A DNA stretch of 64,000 nt from Chloroflexota bacterium (GTDB lineage: Bacteria > Chloroflexota > Dehalococcoidia > GIF9 > AB-539-J10): contig JACAEN010000026.1 in the NCBI GenBank assembly GCA_013388845.1, positions 101,328 to 165,327 on the forward strand, given 5' to 3'. The translations under genes and the position numbers were made by a program. Positions 48,779 to 59,332 of the stretch are shown here, in pieces (positions within the stretch are counted from its first letter, which is position 1; every line of letters begins with the position of its first letter). The notes beneath the pieces are model-generated. The model was not told where the DNA came from and ran no database searches. It saw nothing but the letters and a program-made list of their open reading frames with translations.

Positions 48779-49714
48779 ATGATAAACTTGCCAAACCTGC
48801 GTGTGCAAATAGCCCCTCGGCATCCTAAGGGGTTAATGTTGTCTAATCCTGTGATGATAGCTGCGGGCATAATTGGCTATGCCACGGAGTACGCTGAAAT
48901 TGCTGACATGCAAAAGTTGGGCGCTATTATTTGTAAGGGGACGACGCTTAGGCCCAAAAGAGGTAATGCCCAGCCACGACTGGTGGAAACTGCCAGTGGT
49001 CTGCTCAATTCAGTGGGCTTGGAGAATATCGGTGTGGATGCTCTGATTAAGGAGAAAGCGCCTGTCTGGGCAAGATGGCGGGTTCCAGTTATTGTTAATG
49101 TGGCCGGGGAAACAATAGACGAATATGTGGCTGTGACAAAAAAGTTGGAAGGCGTGCCCGGGGTCAGTGGCATTGAGCTAAATATTAGCTGCCCTAATGT
49201 TTCCGCAGGAGGGATGGAATTTGGTGTCGACCCCAAGCCTGCCGCTCGGGTAACTTCAGCGGTTAAAGCTGCCACCACCTTACCGGTTATCGTAAAGTTG
49301 AGCCCCAATGTAACCGATATTAAGGAAATCGCTTTAGCCGTGGAAGAAGCTGGAGCCGATGCCCTGTCTTTGATTAACACGCTGAAGGGCATGGCAATTG
49401 ATATAAACCAAAGGAAGCCACGCTTAGGGAATATTGTAGGCGGACTTTCTGGTCCGGCTATCAAGCCTGTAGCCCTTTACATGGTCTTCGAGGTAGCCCG
49501 GGTGGTTCATATTCCGGTGATAGGCTGTGGCGGCATTGCCTGTGCTGAGGATGCTCTGGAATTTATTATGGCTGGAGCCACGGCTATACAGATTGGCACA
49601 GCCTGTCTGACCGACCCTCAAGTCGGTCTCAATGTATTAGAGGGAATGGAGAGTTTCCTAAGGCAGAACGGGGTTAAAAATCTAGCCGACATAATTGGTG
49701 CCGCTCAGGCTTAG
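48779..49714 (+). CDS. pyrD: Dihydroorotate dehydrogenase, family 1 catalytic subunit
   Basis: GNAQPR, NSVGLEN, ELNISCPN, VKLSPN, INTL, GGLSG. Confidence 0.95.
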   Translation: MINLPNLRVQIAPRHPKGLMLSNPVMIAAGIIGYATEYAEIADMQKLGAIICKGTTLRPKRGNAQPRLVETASGLLNSVGLENIGVDALIKEKAPVWARWRVPVIVNVAGETIDEYVAVTKKLEGVPGVSGIELNISCPNVSAGGMEFGVDPKPAARVTSAVKAATTLPVIVKLSPNVTDIKEIALAVEEAGADALSLINTLKGMAIDINQRKPRLGNIVGGLSGPAIKPVALYMVFEVARVVHIPVIGCGGIACAEDALEFIMAGATAIQIGTACLTDPQVGLNVLEGMESFLRQNGVKNLADIIGAAQA

Positions 49715-50019
49715 TTTTTGTAACGATGTTAAATTCTAATTTCGAAGCTCTAAACAAATCCGAGTATCAAAATTCTAAGCTCTAAACTGTTTTGGTCATT
49801 TATATTTTTTGTGCTTTGATATTGTTTAGAATTTGGTGCTTGAGATTTAGGATTTCTTATCTTCTGCCCCTTGACCATCCTTATGTTGCGCTGAAGATTG
49901 CTTCGTCGCCCTGATTCCATCGGGGCTTAAAATGTTACAGTGCTTAGGATAGGCTCCGCCAAGAATCCTGCGCACAGCTCAGGACGGTGTCCAGAGATTT
50001 TGCAGCGTTCAGCTTAATG

Positions 50020-50799
50020 CTATCTACTTTTCTCTCTGCCTTTCTCTGCCTCACCAGCCTTGCCCAAAAGGGCAGTCATTATATCTATGGGTACGGGGAA
50101 GACTATGGTATTGGTCTTTTCTGTAGTAATGGTAGTCAATGTCTGCAAATAGCGAAGCTGGAGAGCTGAAGGCTGACTGGAAATGACTTTGGCAGCCTCG
50201 GCCAACTTCTCTGCTGCCTGGTATTCACCCTCGGCATGAACTACCTTGGCTCTTCTCTCTCGCTCAGCCTCGGCCTGGGCGGCCATCGCCCTCTGCATTG
50301 TTTGCGGCAGTTGCACCTCCTTAACCTCCACCATGCTCACTTTTATACCCCAGGGATCAGTGCCTTCGTCTACTATCGACTTTATCTTTTCATTGAGCCT
50401 GTCCCGCTGGGCTAGTAACTCATCCAGCGTAGATTGTCCGACGACATTTCTTAGAGTGGTCTGAGCAAGGAGCGAGGTCGCCTTGATATAATCGAGCACC
50501 TTGAGAATAGCATCTGCGGCATTGACCACCCGGAAGTAAACTACGGCGTCAACCCTGACAGTAACATTATCCACGCTGATGCATTCTTGGGCGGGAACGT
50601 CCATGGTGACTATCCGAAGGTCAACTTTCCGCACAGTCTCAATGAAAGGTATAATCAAGACTAAACCTGGCCCTCTCAGACCCACGAATCTGCCCAGTCG
50701 GAAAACGCCCACTCTTTCGTACTCTCGAACGATTTTGATGGCTGCCGATAGAAGTATTATGACTATTACTGCGATAATAAAATAAATGAACCAGGTCAT
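50020..50799 (-). CDS. Slipin/stomatin (SPFH) protein
   Basis: EYERVGVFRLG, GPGL, AQTTLR, QAEAERERRA, LQLRYLQ. Confidence 0.95.
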   Translation of the reverse strand: MTWFIYFIIAVIVIILLSAAIKIVREYERVGVFRLGRFVGLRGPGLVLIIPFIETVRKVDLRIVTMDVPAQECISVDNVTVRVDAVVYFRVVNAADAILKVLDYIKATSLLAQTTLRNVVGQSTLDELLAQRDRLNEKIKSIVDEGTDPWGIKVSMVEVKEVQLPQTMQRAMAAQAEAERERRAKVVHAEGEYQAAEKLAEAAKVISSQPSALQLRYLQTLTTITTEKTNTIVFPVPIDIMTALLGKAGEAEKGREKSR

Positions 50800-51101
50800 G
50801 TTTCCTCCTTGTCTTTAGATTTTCTGGTCACCCACAATGTCAATCCTTGGGTCTTGGTTATTATCACCTCCTCTCCGGGTTCTATTGTACTATCTTCAGC
50901 TATGGCTGTCCATAACTCTCCCTCAGCCAGAACCGTGCCCTTGGGATTGAGGGTTGTGCGCACCACAACTTCCTTCCCTATCATCTCCTCGACACCAGCC
51001 GAGAGTTTTCGTTTCTGCCCCTTTACGATGGCGTAAATAACGAAACCAACAAAGGCGACGGCAAATACTATGGCTATGATAATTGGTCCTGTTATCTCCA
51101 T
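50796..51101 (-). CDS. Short NfeD (TM + OB fold)
   Basis: GVEEMIG...GTVLAEGELWTA. Confidence 0.85.
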   Translation of the reverse strand: MEITGPIIIAIVFAVAFVGFVIYAIVKGQKRKLSAGVEEMIGKEVVVRTTLNPKGTVLAEGELWTAIAEDSTIEPGEEVIITKTQGLTLWVTRKSKDKEET

Positions 51102-51113
51102 GGCACTACCTTT

Positions 51114-52427
51114 TTATTCCTTTAGTTTCTTAGCCACCCACAATTTCAAGGCTTCCATTTTGGTTATTACTACCTCCTCACCTGGTTCTACTCTACCGCT
51201 TTCCGACGTCGCCGTCCATAATTCTCCCTCGGCTAAAACCGTGCCCGTAGGGTCGAGAGGTGTTTTGGCTATAGCTGTTTCCCCAATCATTCCCTCAGCT
51301 CCGGTCGTCTTGCGTTGTCTTTGCCCACGAATAATAGCGCCGAGGACAAAGATGGCGAAGGCGGTAAAGCCTGCTGCCACCCCGGCGATTAGCCTCCAAT
51401 CTAGCTTTACCCCTGGGCTGTGACTGAACAATATCAGCGAGCCCATAACCAGCGAAGCTATTCCTCCGGCGGTCAATAGCCCAAAGCTAGCAGTGAAATA
51501 CTCGGCGATAAACAGTCCTACTGCCAGTAAAATAAGGGCTATGCCTCCCCAGTAAGCATTAAGCACACCCAGGGAATAAAACGCCAGGAGTAAGCTGATG
51601 CCGCCAATTACGCCGGGGAAAACCAGCCCTGGGCTGGAAATCTCAGTAATTAACCCTATAGTAGCTAGAGTTAACAGTATATAGGCAATGTTGGGGTCGC
51701 TGATGGTTTGCAGGAATCTTTCAACGGCATTCATTTCGTTTCTAGTCGAACCGTAGCTTGTGGTATTGATGGTAACCTCCTCGCCACTGGCTAGTGTAAC
51801 CTTCCAGCCATTGATTTGCGAAATAAGGCTTTCCAGATTCTCAGCTCGCAGGTTGATAAGGTTACATTCCAAGGCATCGACATCGGTGAATGATTTACTT
51901 TGCGTAACTGCTAGCTCAGCCTCTTCCATATTGCGGCCACGCTCTTCAGCTATCGTCTTCATCCACTTAGCTGAGAACTCAACTATTTTTTTCATCTGGT
52001 CTTCGGGTATTTCCTCTCCTCCAGCAGCTACCGGATGAGCAGCGCCGATGGTCGTGCCCGGCGTCATGGCTGCTATGTGAGCTGATAGGGTAATGAAGGT
52101 TCCTGCCGAGGCTGCCCAGGCACCTTTGGGTGAGACGTAAACCGCGATGGGCACATTAGCGTTCATAATCCTCTGCACTATCTTCTCGGTGGAGTCCAGA
52201 AGCCCACCCGGGGTATTTAGCTCAATTATACAGACAGTGGTGCCATGCTCCTCTGCCTGCGTGATGCCCCGGTCAATATAGTCTGCTATCACGGGCACAA
52301 TGGTGCCATCCACGGTCAGGACTTCCACGGTAGTAGGGCTGGCGGCAGCGATCAGACTGCCTCCTAACCCCGCAGCTATGGGCATCACAAACAAAGCTAG
52401 GAAGAAAAACTTAAGCCTCTTTCTCAT
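51114..52427 (-). CDS. nfeD: Long NfeD (ClpP-like protease + TM + OB), stomatin partner
   Basis: NTPGG, AASAG, IGAAHP, multi-TM region, GELWTA. Confidence 0.92.
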   Translation of the reverse strand: MRKRLKFFFLALFVMPIAAGLGGSLIAAASPTTVEVLTVDGTIVPVIADYIDRGITQAEEHGTTVCIIELNTPGGLLDSTEKIVQRIMNANVPIAVYVSPKGAWAASAGTFITLSAHIAAMTPGTTIGAAHPVAAGGEEIPEDQMKKIVEFSAKWMKTIAEERGRNMEEAELAVTQSKSFTDVDALECNLINLRAENLESLISQINGWKVTLASGEEVTINTTSYGSTRNEMNAVERFLQTISDPNIAYILLTLATIGLITEISSPGLVFPGVIGGISLLLAFYSLGVLNAYWGGIALILLAVGLFIAEYFTASFGLLTAGGIASLVMGSLILFSHSPGVKLDWRLIAGVAAGFTAFAIFVLGAIIRGQRQRKTTGAEGMIGETAIAKTPLDPTGTVLAEGELWTATSESGRVEPGEEVVITKMEALKLWVAKKLKE

Positions 52428-52667
52428 CGTGTTGTTATATTCCGAGTTAATTATAGACTAAGCCATTAAAAGCAACAAAAACCTTCCACTCAATCATTGA
52501 AGCTAGACACAGCTTAGTGTAGAATAGGCTCAATTACCCCACGAAAATCACAAGATTTTCGTGGCGACCCCGGTAATAACCTCAGACTTCATACGGGGTT
52601 CTCGCCGAAATCTTTTGATTCTTGGCGAAGGGGAGATACTTGAAAAGTTTTTTGAGGTTGACTGAGA

Positions 52668-53912
52668 ATGAGGAACCAGAAGTGTAAGGGGATGCAGGAC
52701 TGGCTCCCCGAGGACATGTTACGCTTTCGCCATATTGAAGACGTCTTCCGGATTTGTTGTCGTAACTGGGGCTATCAGGAGGTAAGGACACCAACCCTAG
52801 AATACCTCCACTTGTTTACGGCTACAGGAACACTTACTCCAGGCATGTTGAGCAAGGTATATTCCTTTCTGGATTGGGATGGCTGGAGTGGTGAGCGAGT
52901 TGTCTTGAGACCAGATGGCACTATTCCTGTAGCCCGACTCTACATTGACAGTCTAAGCGGACAAAAATTAGCCAGGCTTTTCTATGTGACTAACATCTTC
53001 GCTTTCGAGGGAACTGGAAAAGAGAATAGAGAGCGCTGGCAGTGTGGTGCTGAATTTTTCGGTGGTGCCAAACCTGCTGCGGATGTGGAGGTAATTCTGC
53101 TGGCTGAAGAAGTTATCTGCAAACTAGGTCTCAGCAATGTCGGGCTGCAATTGTCCCACGCTGGCTTGGTGAAGGCATTGCTCAAAGAGTTTAAGGTCAG
53201 CCCCGCTGAGGAAGCTAAGATGGTGAGCCGCATTTTAGAAGGGGATTGGCAAGCATTAACCAAGGCGAAATCGCCTAACCCCGAGACTGACAGACTTATA
53301 GCTGCGCTATTAGGACTCAAGGGAAAATCGAGCAGCTTTCTACACAATGTAAAGGCTTCATTTCCCAAAGCTTCGCGGGACTTCAAGTCCAGCCTGGAAG
53401 ACTTCATAAGCATCGCCACCTTGCTGGATAACCAAAGTTGCTGCTACAAAATTGATATCGCGGCCATGCATGGCTTTGAGTATTATACTGGAGTCTGTTT
53501 TCAATTCTTGGCAGCTGGGGAAAAAATAGGTGGTGGAGGAAGATATGATAACCTTGTACCCCTTATGAACGGAGAGAACATCCCCGCCTGTGGATTTGCT
53601 CTATATGTGGACCCGATAATGAAACTACTTCCGCTGGAGAAAGAGAAAAAGGGCAAATCCGGAATCCTGGTTAAAGGTCGGGAAGCGACTCCCGAGATAA
53701 TAAAGAAGTGCTTTGCTGTGGCGGAATCGCTTCGTGACGCTGGACACCCAGCAGAGCTTAACTTCACGGGTCGAGAAGAATCCAGCTATAGGTGGGTCGT
53801 CTCGGTTTCTGGAAAAGAGCCGTCTCCGTTTGTGCTCAAAGATTGTATACAGAAGCGACGGCGAGAGGTGGCTTCTGTGGCCGAGATTCTTAAAGTGGTA
53901 AGTGAGGAATGA
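52668..53912 (+). CDS. hisZ: HisZ-like ATP phosphoribosyltransferase regulatory subunit (HisRS paralog)
   Basis: KGMQD, VRTPTLE, LRPDGT, QCGAE, YYTG, GGGRYD; directly upstream of hisG. Confidence 0.75.
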   Translation: MRNQKCKGMQDWLPEDMLRFRHIEDVFRICCRNWGYQEVRTPTLEYLHLFTATGTLTPGMLSKVYSFLDWDGWSGERVVLRPDGTIPVARLYIDSLSGQKLARLFYVTNIFAFEGTGKENRERWQCGAEFFGGAKPAADVEVILLAEEVICKLGLSNVGLQLSHAGLVKALLKEFKVSPAEEAKMVSRILEGDWQALTKAKSPNPETDRLIAALLGLKGKSSSFLHNVKASFPKASRDFKSSLEDFISIATLLDNQSCCYKIDIAAMHGFEYYTGVCFQFLAAGEKIGGGGRYDNLVPLMNGENIPACGFALYVDPIMKLLPLEKEKKGKSGILVKGREATPEIIKKCFAVAESLRDAGHPAELNFTGREESSYRWVVSVSGKEPSPFVLKDCIQKRRREVASVAEILKVVSEE

Positions 53913-55351
53913 AGGACTGCCAAGTTGGATACATAAAAGTCGCCCTGCCTAAGGGTAGGTTTCTATCGCCTACAGCAAGGTTGCTGGCCGAGACAGACCT
54001 GGGATTTGGAGGTTATAGCGATAGAACAAAACAATATCGCCTTTGCTCGACAAGGTTTCCCAATCTTGCGGCCAAGATACTTCAGGAGAAGGATATTCCC
54101 ATACAGGTGGCTGTCGGGAATTACGACCTAGGTATCTGTGGTTTGGATTGGATTGAAGAATTCGTGGTGAAATATCCTGCCGGAGCTCTGGTGAAAATAT
54201 CGAGTCTCAATTATGGCGAAGGCGGCATATATGCGGTGGCCAGCGCTCAGGGTGGGATAGCCAGTCTCGAGGAGTTATCAGCTCGGAGAAACGATTGTCG
54301 CATAGTAAGTGAGTATCCTAATCTGGCTGAGGCTCTTGCCTTAAATCTCAGGATGAGAAGGTTCAGGATTTTTCCGGTGTGGGGAGCTGCTGAAGCTTAT
54401 CCTCCGGAAAATGCTGATTTGGCGGTGCTCTGGGGAAAGAGTGGGGCACAGCTAGTCGCCCGAGGCTTAATCCCTCTTAAGAAGTTACTCCCGGTGACTG
54501 CTTTTCTAATAGCCAATCGGGAAAGTTTGGAGAACAAAGACTTGAGCCAGATATTAGCGTGCTTCGGCTCCAAGCTTACTGCTGAGCCGCCGACATCAAT
54601 AGAAAATGAGCTTGATAGCTTTAAGAAACAGAAGATTGCTCGCCCTTCATGGCCGGCAAGGGAAATCAACCTGGCTTTGCCTGATGGGCACCAGCAAGCG
54701 CCTACTGCGCAGTTTCTGAGGCGGGCTGGGCTGGCACTTCAGGGCTATTCTGAAGAGGTAGCGAGCCGCCGACCCTCCGCTGATTTAGACTGGCTGGGCA
54801 TCAAAGTAATCAGACCTCAGGATATGCCCTTGCAAGTGGCTAACGGCAATTTCGACCTGGCTATAACTGGTGAGGATTGGCTGCTGGAACACCTCTATCG
54901 CTTCCCCTCAAGCCCGGTGAAAAAATTGTTTGCTCTGGGCTTTGGCACCGTCAAAGTCGTGGCTGCTGTGAGCCAGGAAAAAATGCCCGTGAACAATATT
55001 GACGAGTTGAGGTCGCTTGTTCAAAGCAGCCCTGATTACATCGGGGTTCCTCTGAAAGTAGCCTCGGAGTACATAAATATCGCCGACAAATACTTGCGAG
55101 ACAACCGCATCAGTCCCTATAAGCTGATTCCTACTTGGGGGGCGAGCGAGGCTTTCTTGCCCGAGGACGCCGATATGCTTATTGACAACACTCAGACAGG
55201 AAAGACTCTCAAGGAGCACAATCTGAAGATTATTGATGTGCTCTTCCAGTCCTCGGCGTGTCTAATTGCCAACAAGAATAGTCTGAGGTCTTCCGATAAA
55301 AAAGAGAAAGTAGGGTTTGTTACACGGAAATTACGAGCGGGGCTATCGTGA
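53909..55351 (+). CDS. hisG: ATP phosphoribosyltransferase, tandem fusion of two short-HisG units
   Basis: Two copies of ALPxG...DxPxQVAxGNxDL...SEY...WGAxEA..PExAD. Confidence 0.88.
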   Translation: MKDCQVGYIKVALPKGRFLSPTARLLAETDLGFGGYSDRTKQYRLCSTRFPNLAAKILQEKDIPIQVAVGNYDLGICGLDWIEEFVVKYPAGALVKISSLNYGEGGIYAVASAQGGIASLEELSARRNDCRIVSEYPNLAEALALNLRMRRFRIFPVWGAAEAYPPENADLAVLWGKSGAQLVARGLIPLKKLLPVTAFLIANRESLENKDLSQILACFGSKLTAEPPTSIENELDSFKKQKIARPSWPAREINLALPDGHQQAPTAQFLRRAGLALQGYSEEVASRRPSADLDWLGIKVIRPQDMPLQVANGNFDLAITGEDWLLEHLYRFPSSPVKKLFALGFGTVKVVAAVSQEKMPVNNIDELRSLVQSSPDYIGVPLKVASEYINIADKYLRDNRISPYKLIPTWGASEAFLPEDADMLIDNTQTGKTLKEHNLKIIDVLFQSSACLIANKNSLRSSDKKEKVGFVTRKLRAGLS

Positions 55352-55425
55352 CAAGTCTTCTTTTTTGTCATTGCGAGCCTTTTCCCCTCTCCCTTGACGG
55401 GAGAGGGTTAGGGTGAGGGTGAAAC

Positions 55426-56748
55426 GTGAAAAGAGTCCAAGGATTCAATAAAGCAAAAAAGTTACTGACCAGGGAAAACTTCTGGGAGTCTTTCACTACT
55501 CCACCGCGGCTGGCAGCAGAAATAAAGCAAGTCTTTGGCCAGGAGCTCTCAGTTCAGGAAGTAGTTGAGCGTATCATCGGCGAGGTTCGGGATAGGGGTG
55601 ATAAAGCCCTCTTGGATTACACCGAAAGACTGGATGGAGTCCGCCTGGACTCCTTGGAGGTAGATAGCCAAGAAGTTGCTGCTGCTTACGAGATAGCGAG
55701 CAAGAAACTTGTCTCAGCCCTCAAATTCGCAGCCAGAAGAATACAGGATTTCCACATTGCCTGCGGGCACAAAGCTGGCCTAATCTCCATCGACAAGCAT
55801 TTAAGCCAGCAGGTGCGTCCTCTGGACAGGGTGGGATTGTATGTCCCTGGTGGTAGTGCTGCTTATCCGTCCTCGGTGCTGATGATGGCTATACCAGCCA
55901 GAGTGGCTGGGGTTAAGGAAGTCATTATGGTTTCCCCGCCTGCTAAAGATGGCAAGATTCCGGCACCCACGTTGGTAGCCGCTGACATTGCCAAGGTCAA
56001 CCGCATTTTCAAAGTTGGTGGTGCTCAGGCTATTGCGGCACTGGCTTTTGGCACCGAATCCATACCTAGAGTGGATAAAATTTGCGGTCCCGGAAACATC
56101 TTTGTCACCCTAGCTAAGAAAATGGTTTATGGCACAGTGGATATTGACGGACTGGAAGGTCCGAGCGAGGTGATGATTGTGGCTGATGAGAAAGCTAAGC
56201 CGGCTCTTTGCGCTGCTGACCTCCTGGCTCAGGCGGAACATGACCCGCTAGCTTCGGTGATTTTAATCACCACTTCGGCTCACTTGGCTGAGCGGGTGGA
56301 GAAGGAAATTGAGGAGCAACTAGGAAAACTAAAGCGGCTCTCTACTATTCGAACGGCTATTGATGCTGGCATGCTTGTGCTTGTGGAGAACATGGCTCAA
56401 GCAGTGGAATTGGTCAATCTGTTTGCTCCTGAGCACCTCTCAATTATGGTTTCTGATGTCTCAGCTTTGGTTTCCAAAATCCGCAATGCTGGCTGTATTT
56501 TTGTAGGCCGGGACTCGCCTGTGGTTCTAGGCGATTATGTCGCTGGTCCCAGCCATGTATTGCCCACTGGTGGCAGTGCTCGTTTCAGCTCTCCGCTGGG
56601 CGTTGCCGACTTCCTGAAAGTCACTAATATTGTTGCCTTGGATAAGCCTGCCATGCGCAAGTTGAGCCAGGCTGCTAAAGTGATAGCTGAAGCTGAAGGG
56701 CTGGATGCCCACGCCCAGGCTGTAGAAAGAAGGATGAGAGCGAAATAA
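55426..56748 (+). CDS. hisD: Histidinol dehydrogenase
   Basis: GLYVPGG, GGAQA, GPGN, GPSE, QAEHD, APEH, GDY, HVLPT. Confidence 0.97.
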   Translation: MKRVQGFNKAKKLLTRENFWESFTTPPRLAAEIKQVFGQELSVQEVVERIIGEVRDRGDKALLDYTERLDGVRLDSLEVDSQEVAAAYEIASKKLVSALKFAARRIQDFHIACGHKAGLISIDKHLSQQVRPLDRVGLYVPGGSAAYPSSVLMMAIPARVAGVKEVIMVSPPAKDGKIPAPTLVAADIAKVNRIFKVGGAQAIAALAFGTESIPRVDKICGPGNIFVTLAKKMVYGTVDIDGLEGPSEVMIVADEKAKPALCAADLLAQAEHDPLASVILITTSAHLAERVEKEIEEQLGKLKRLSTIRTAIDAGMLVLVENMAQAVELVNLFAPEHLSIMVSDVSALVSKIRNAGCIFVGRDSPVVLGDYVAGPSHVLPTGGSARFSSPLGVADFLKVTNIVALDKPAMRKLSQAAKVIAEAEGLDAHAQAVERRMRAK

Positions 56749-56929
56749 AAGATTAAAATGCAAAAGGCAAAAATACAGAGCAAAAATGTGATAAATACTA
56801 AGCACGAAATCTCAAACTCTAAACAAATACAAAGCACGGATGACCAAAATTCGAAACGAGTTTTGATATTTCAATTTAGATATTTGGATTTATTTAGGGT
56901 TTAGAGCTTAGAATTTAGGATTTTCTGTT

Positions 56930-58018
56930 ATGGACATAAAAAAACTTATCAGGCCTGAGCTCGTCAAAATGAAGAGTTACACCCCTATCGAGCCTACGGA
57001 AGTTTTGAGCCAGGAAGGTGAATTGCCTTCGGAGAAAATAATAAAGCTTGATGGCAACGAGAATCCTTATAGCTGCTCCCCCAAGGTCTATCAAGCCCTG
57101 GCCACTTATCCTTATTATCATAATTACCCCGACCCGGAGCAAAGAGAGCTACGGAAGGCTTTAGAAGAATATACCGGCTTGGGACGGCAGCACATTGTCT
57201 GCGGCATGGGCAGCGATGAGCTAATTGACCTCATCCTCAGGCTTTTCCTCAAGCCCGGCGACGAGGTTATCAATTGTCCACCGACATTCGGTATGTATCC
57301 CTTTAGCACCGATGTTTGTGGGGGTCAGGTGGTTGATGTGCCCCGCACCGAGAATTTTAACCTTGATATGGTCGGTATAAAAAAGGCATTGACCAGGAGA
57401 ACCAAGGTCATCTTTGTTGCCTCGCCCAATAATCCCACCGGCAACGTCGCTAGCCAGAAGGAAATCTTGGAGCTTGTTGATACCGGCAAGATTGTTGTCG
57501 TGGACGAAGCCTATTTTGAATTTAGCAATGTGACGGTGGCTAACCTGGTGCCCTCTTACCCTAACCTGATAGTCTTGCGCACCTTCAGCAAGTGGGCCGG
57601 CCTGGCTGGCTTAAGGATAGGTTACGGCTTTTTCCCCGTGGAAATTGCTGATTATCTGATGAAGATTAAGCAGCCCTATAACGCCAACGCCGCCGCCCAG
57701 GCTGCGGTGCTAGCTTCCCTGGCCGATATAGAGTACCTTCGTGCTAATGTCGCTAAGATAGTCAGGGAGCGAGAGAGGTTATCGGGTAACCTCAACGAAC
57801 TGGATTGGCTTAAGCCTTACCCTTCGCAAGGAAACTTTATCCTGTGTTCTTTGCCCAAAGGAAAAGCCAAAGAAATCTGGCAACAACTGCGGAAGAAAGG
57901 CATCTTTGTCCGCTATTTTGATACTCCTGAACTAAAGGATTGCCTGCGAATCAGCGTTGGCCGACCTGAGGATACCGATGCTCTGGTTAGGGCATTAAAG
58001 GAGGTTAAACATGGCTGA
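56930..58018 (+). CDS. hisC: Histidinol-phosphate aminotransferase
   Basis: NENPY, GSDE, SPNNPTG, DEAY, RTFSK..LAGLRIG. Confidence 0.96.
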   Translation: MDIKKLIRPELVKMKSYTPIEPTEVLSQEGELPSEKIIKLDGNENPYSCSPKVYQALATYPYYHNYPDPEQRELRKALEEYTGLGRQHIVCGMGSDELIDLILRLFLKPGDEVINCPPTFGMYPFSTDVCGGQVVDVPRTENFNLDMVGIKKALTRRTKVIFVASPNNPTGNVASQKEILELVDTGKIVVVDEAYFEFSNVTVANLVPSYPNLIVLRTFSKWAGLAGLRIGYGFFPVEIADYLMKIKQPYNANAAAQAAVLASLADIEYLRANVAKIVRERERLSGNLNELDWLKPYPSQGNFILCSLPKGKAKEIWQQLRKKGIFVRYFDTPELKDCLRISVGRPEDTDALVRALKEVKHG

Positions 58019-58601
58019 AAGAAAAGCAAAAGTAGTTCGTGAGACTGCCGAGACGACTGTCAGGGTGGAACTGAACATCGACGGCAGCGGACAATTTCAA
58101 ATCACCACCGGCATAAGGATGTTCGACCACCTGCTTAGCCAGCTAGCTCAGCACGGAGTATTTGACATAAAAATCTCAGCCTCGGGTCCCGACCAGCATC
58201 ACGTAGTTGAGGATGTGGCTATCTCTTTGGGCAAAGCTTTTAACCAGGCATTGGGGAAAAAACAGGGCATTGTTCGTATGGCACATGCTATCGTGCCTAT
58301 GGATGAGGCTCTGGCACAGGTAGCAGTGGATATCGGTGGCAGAGTTTACAGCACAATCGAGGCAGACTTTAACGAAGCCAGCATAGGCGACATGGATGCT
58401 GATTTGATACGGCATTTTCTGGTCTCCCTGGCCTCCGAAGCCAAAATTAACCTCCATGCCAAAGTGCTCAGTGGCATCAACGACCATCACAAAGCCGAAG
58501 CCTTGTTCAAAGCCCTGGGCCGCGCCCTTGACTCCGCCACCCGCATCGACGAGCGCATCTCTGGCAGAGTGCCCAGCACCAAAGAGGTCATTGAGGGATA
58601 A
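58011..58601 (+). CDS. hisB: Imidazoleglycerol-phosphate dehydratase
   Basis: RETAET, DQHHVVED, PMDE, NDHHKAEALFKA, PSTK. Confidence 0.96.
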   Translation: MAERKAKVVRETAETTVRVELNIDGSGQFQITTGIRMFDHLLSQLAQHGVFDIKISASGPDQHHVVEDVAISLGKAFNQALGKKQGIVRMAHAIVPMDEALAQVAVDIGGRVYSTIEADFNEASIGDMDADLIRHFLVSLASEAKINLHAKVLSGINDHHKAEALFKALGRALDSATRIDERISGRVPSTKEVIEG

Positions 58602-58628
58602 TAAGGAATCCCTATATTGGAGATTTGG

Positions 58629-58934
58629 ATGAAAAAGAATATGAAAACGCTTGACGAAATAAAAAGTATTTTGGCACGGCATAAGAAAGAGTTAGCAGAT
58701 AGGTATAAAGTTAAAGAGATAGGCATATTTGGTTCGTACGTCAAAGGTGAGGAAAGAAGGAAGAGCGATGTAGATATCTTGGTGGAGTTTGAAGAACCCA
58801 TTGGGCTTTTTAAATTTATGGATTTAGAGAGGCATTTAACTGAACTCGTGGGTGAAAGGGTGGACTTGGTTATGAAAACTGCATTAAAACCCAGAATAGG
58901 GAGACGCATTTTGGAGGAAGTTAAATATATATGA
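58629..58934 (+). CDS. MNT nucleotidyltransferase antitoxin (MntA-like)
   Basis: FGSYVKGEERRKSDVD (GSX10DXD). Confidence 0.9.
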   Translation: MKKNMKTLDEIKSILARHKKELADRYKVKEIGIFGSYVKGEERRKSDVDILVEFEEPIGLFKFMDLERHLTELVGERVDLVMKTALKPRIGRRILEEVKYI

Positions 58935-59278
58935 AAAAGCGAGAATATGGCGACTATCTTGAGGATATTTCAGACTCTATAGATGCTATTGAAGAATTCG
59001 TAAAAGGGATGGAATTCGAAGATTTTACTAAAGACAGGAAAACGATTTTCGCTGTAGTAAGATGCATTGAGATTATTGGGGAAGCGACAAAGAACATCCC
59101 GAAATCAATTAAAAGTAAATGTCCAGAAATTCCCTGGAAAGATATAGCTGGTATGCGGGATAAGGTCATTCATGAATATTTTGGAGTTGACTTGAAGGTC
59201 GTCTGGAAGACCGTAAAGGAAGACATCCCGCCGATTAAGTCGTTAATTCAAAATGCATTAAAATACCTAGGCGAATAA
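58931..59278 (+). CDS. HEPN/DUF86 toxin (HepT-like RNase)
   Basis: IIGEA, IPW, RDKVIHEY (RX4HXY); overlaps the MNT stop. Confidence 0.9.
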   Translation: MKKREYGDYLEDISDSIDAIEEFVKGMEFEDFTKDRKTIFAVVRCIEIIGEATKNIPKSIKSKCPEIPWKDIAGMRDKVIHEYFGVDLKVVWKTVKEDIPPIKSLIQNALKYLGE

Positions 59279-59332
59279 ACCATGGCAGGGCAATTTTTAC
59301 TGGACTCAGTTGAAGATGAGGTCTATATCCCT

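Noticed and set aside
52668..53912. Call as functional HisRS (hisS)
   Set aside because: Position before short-type hisG and degenerate motif 2 favour HisZ; not fully excluded.
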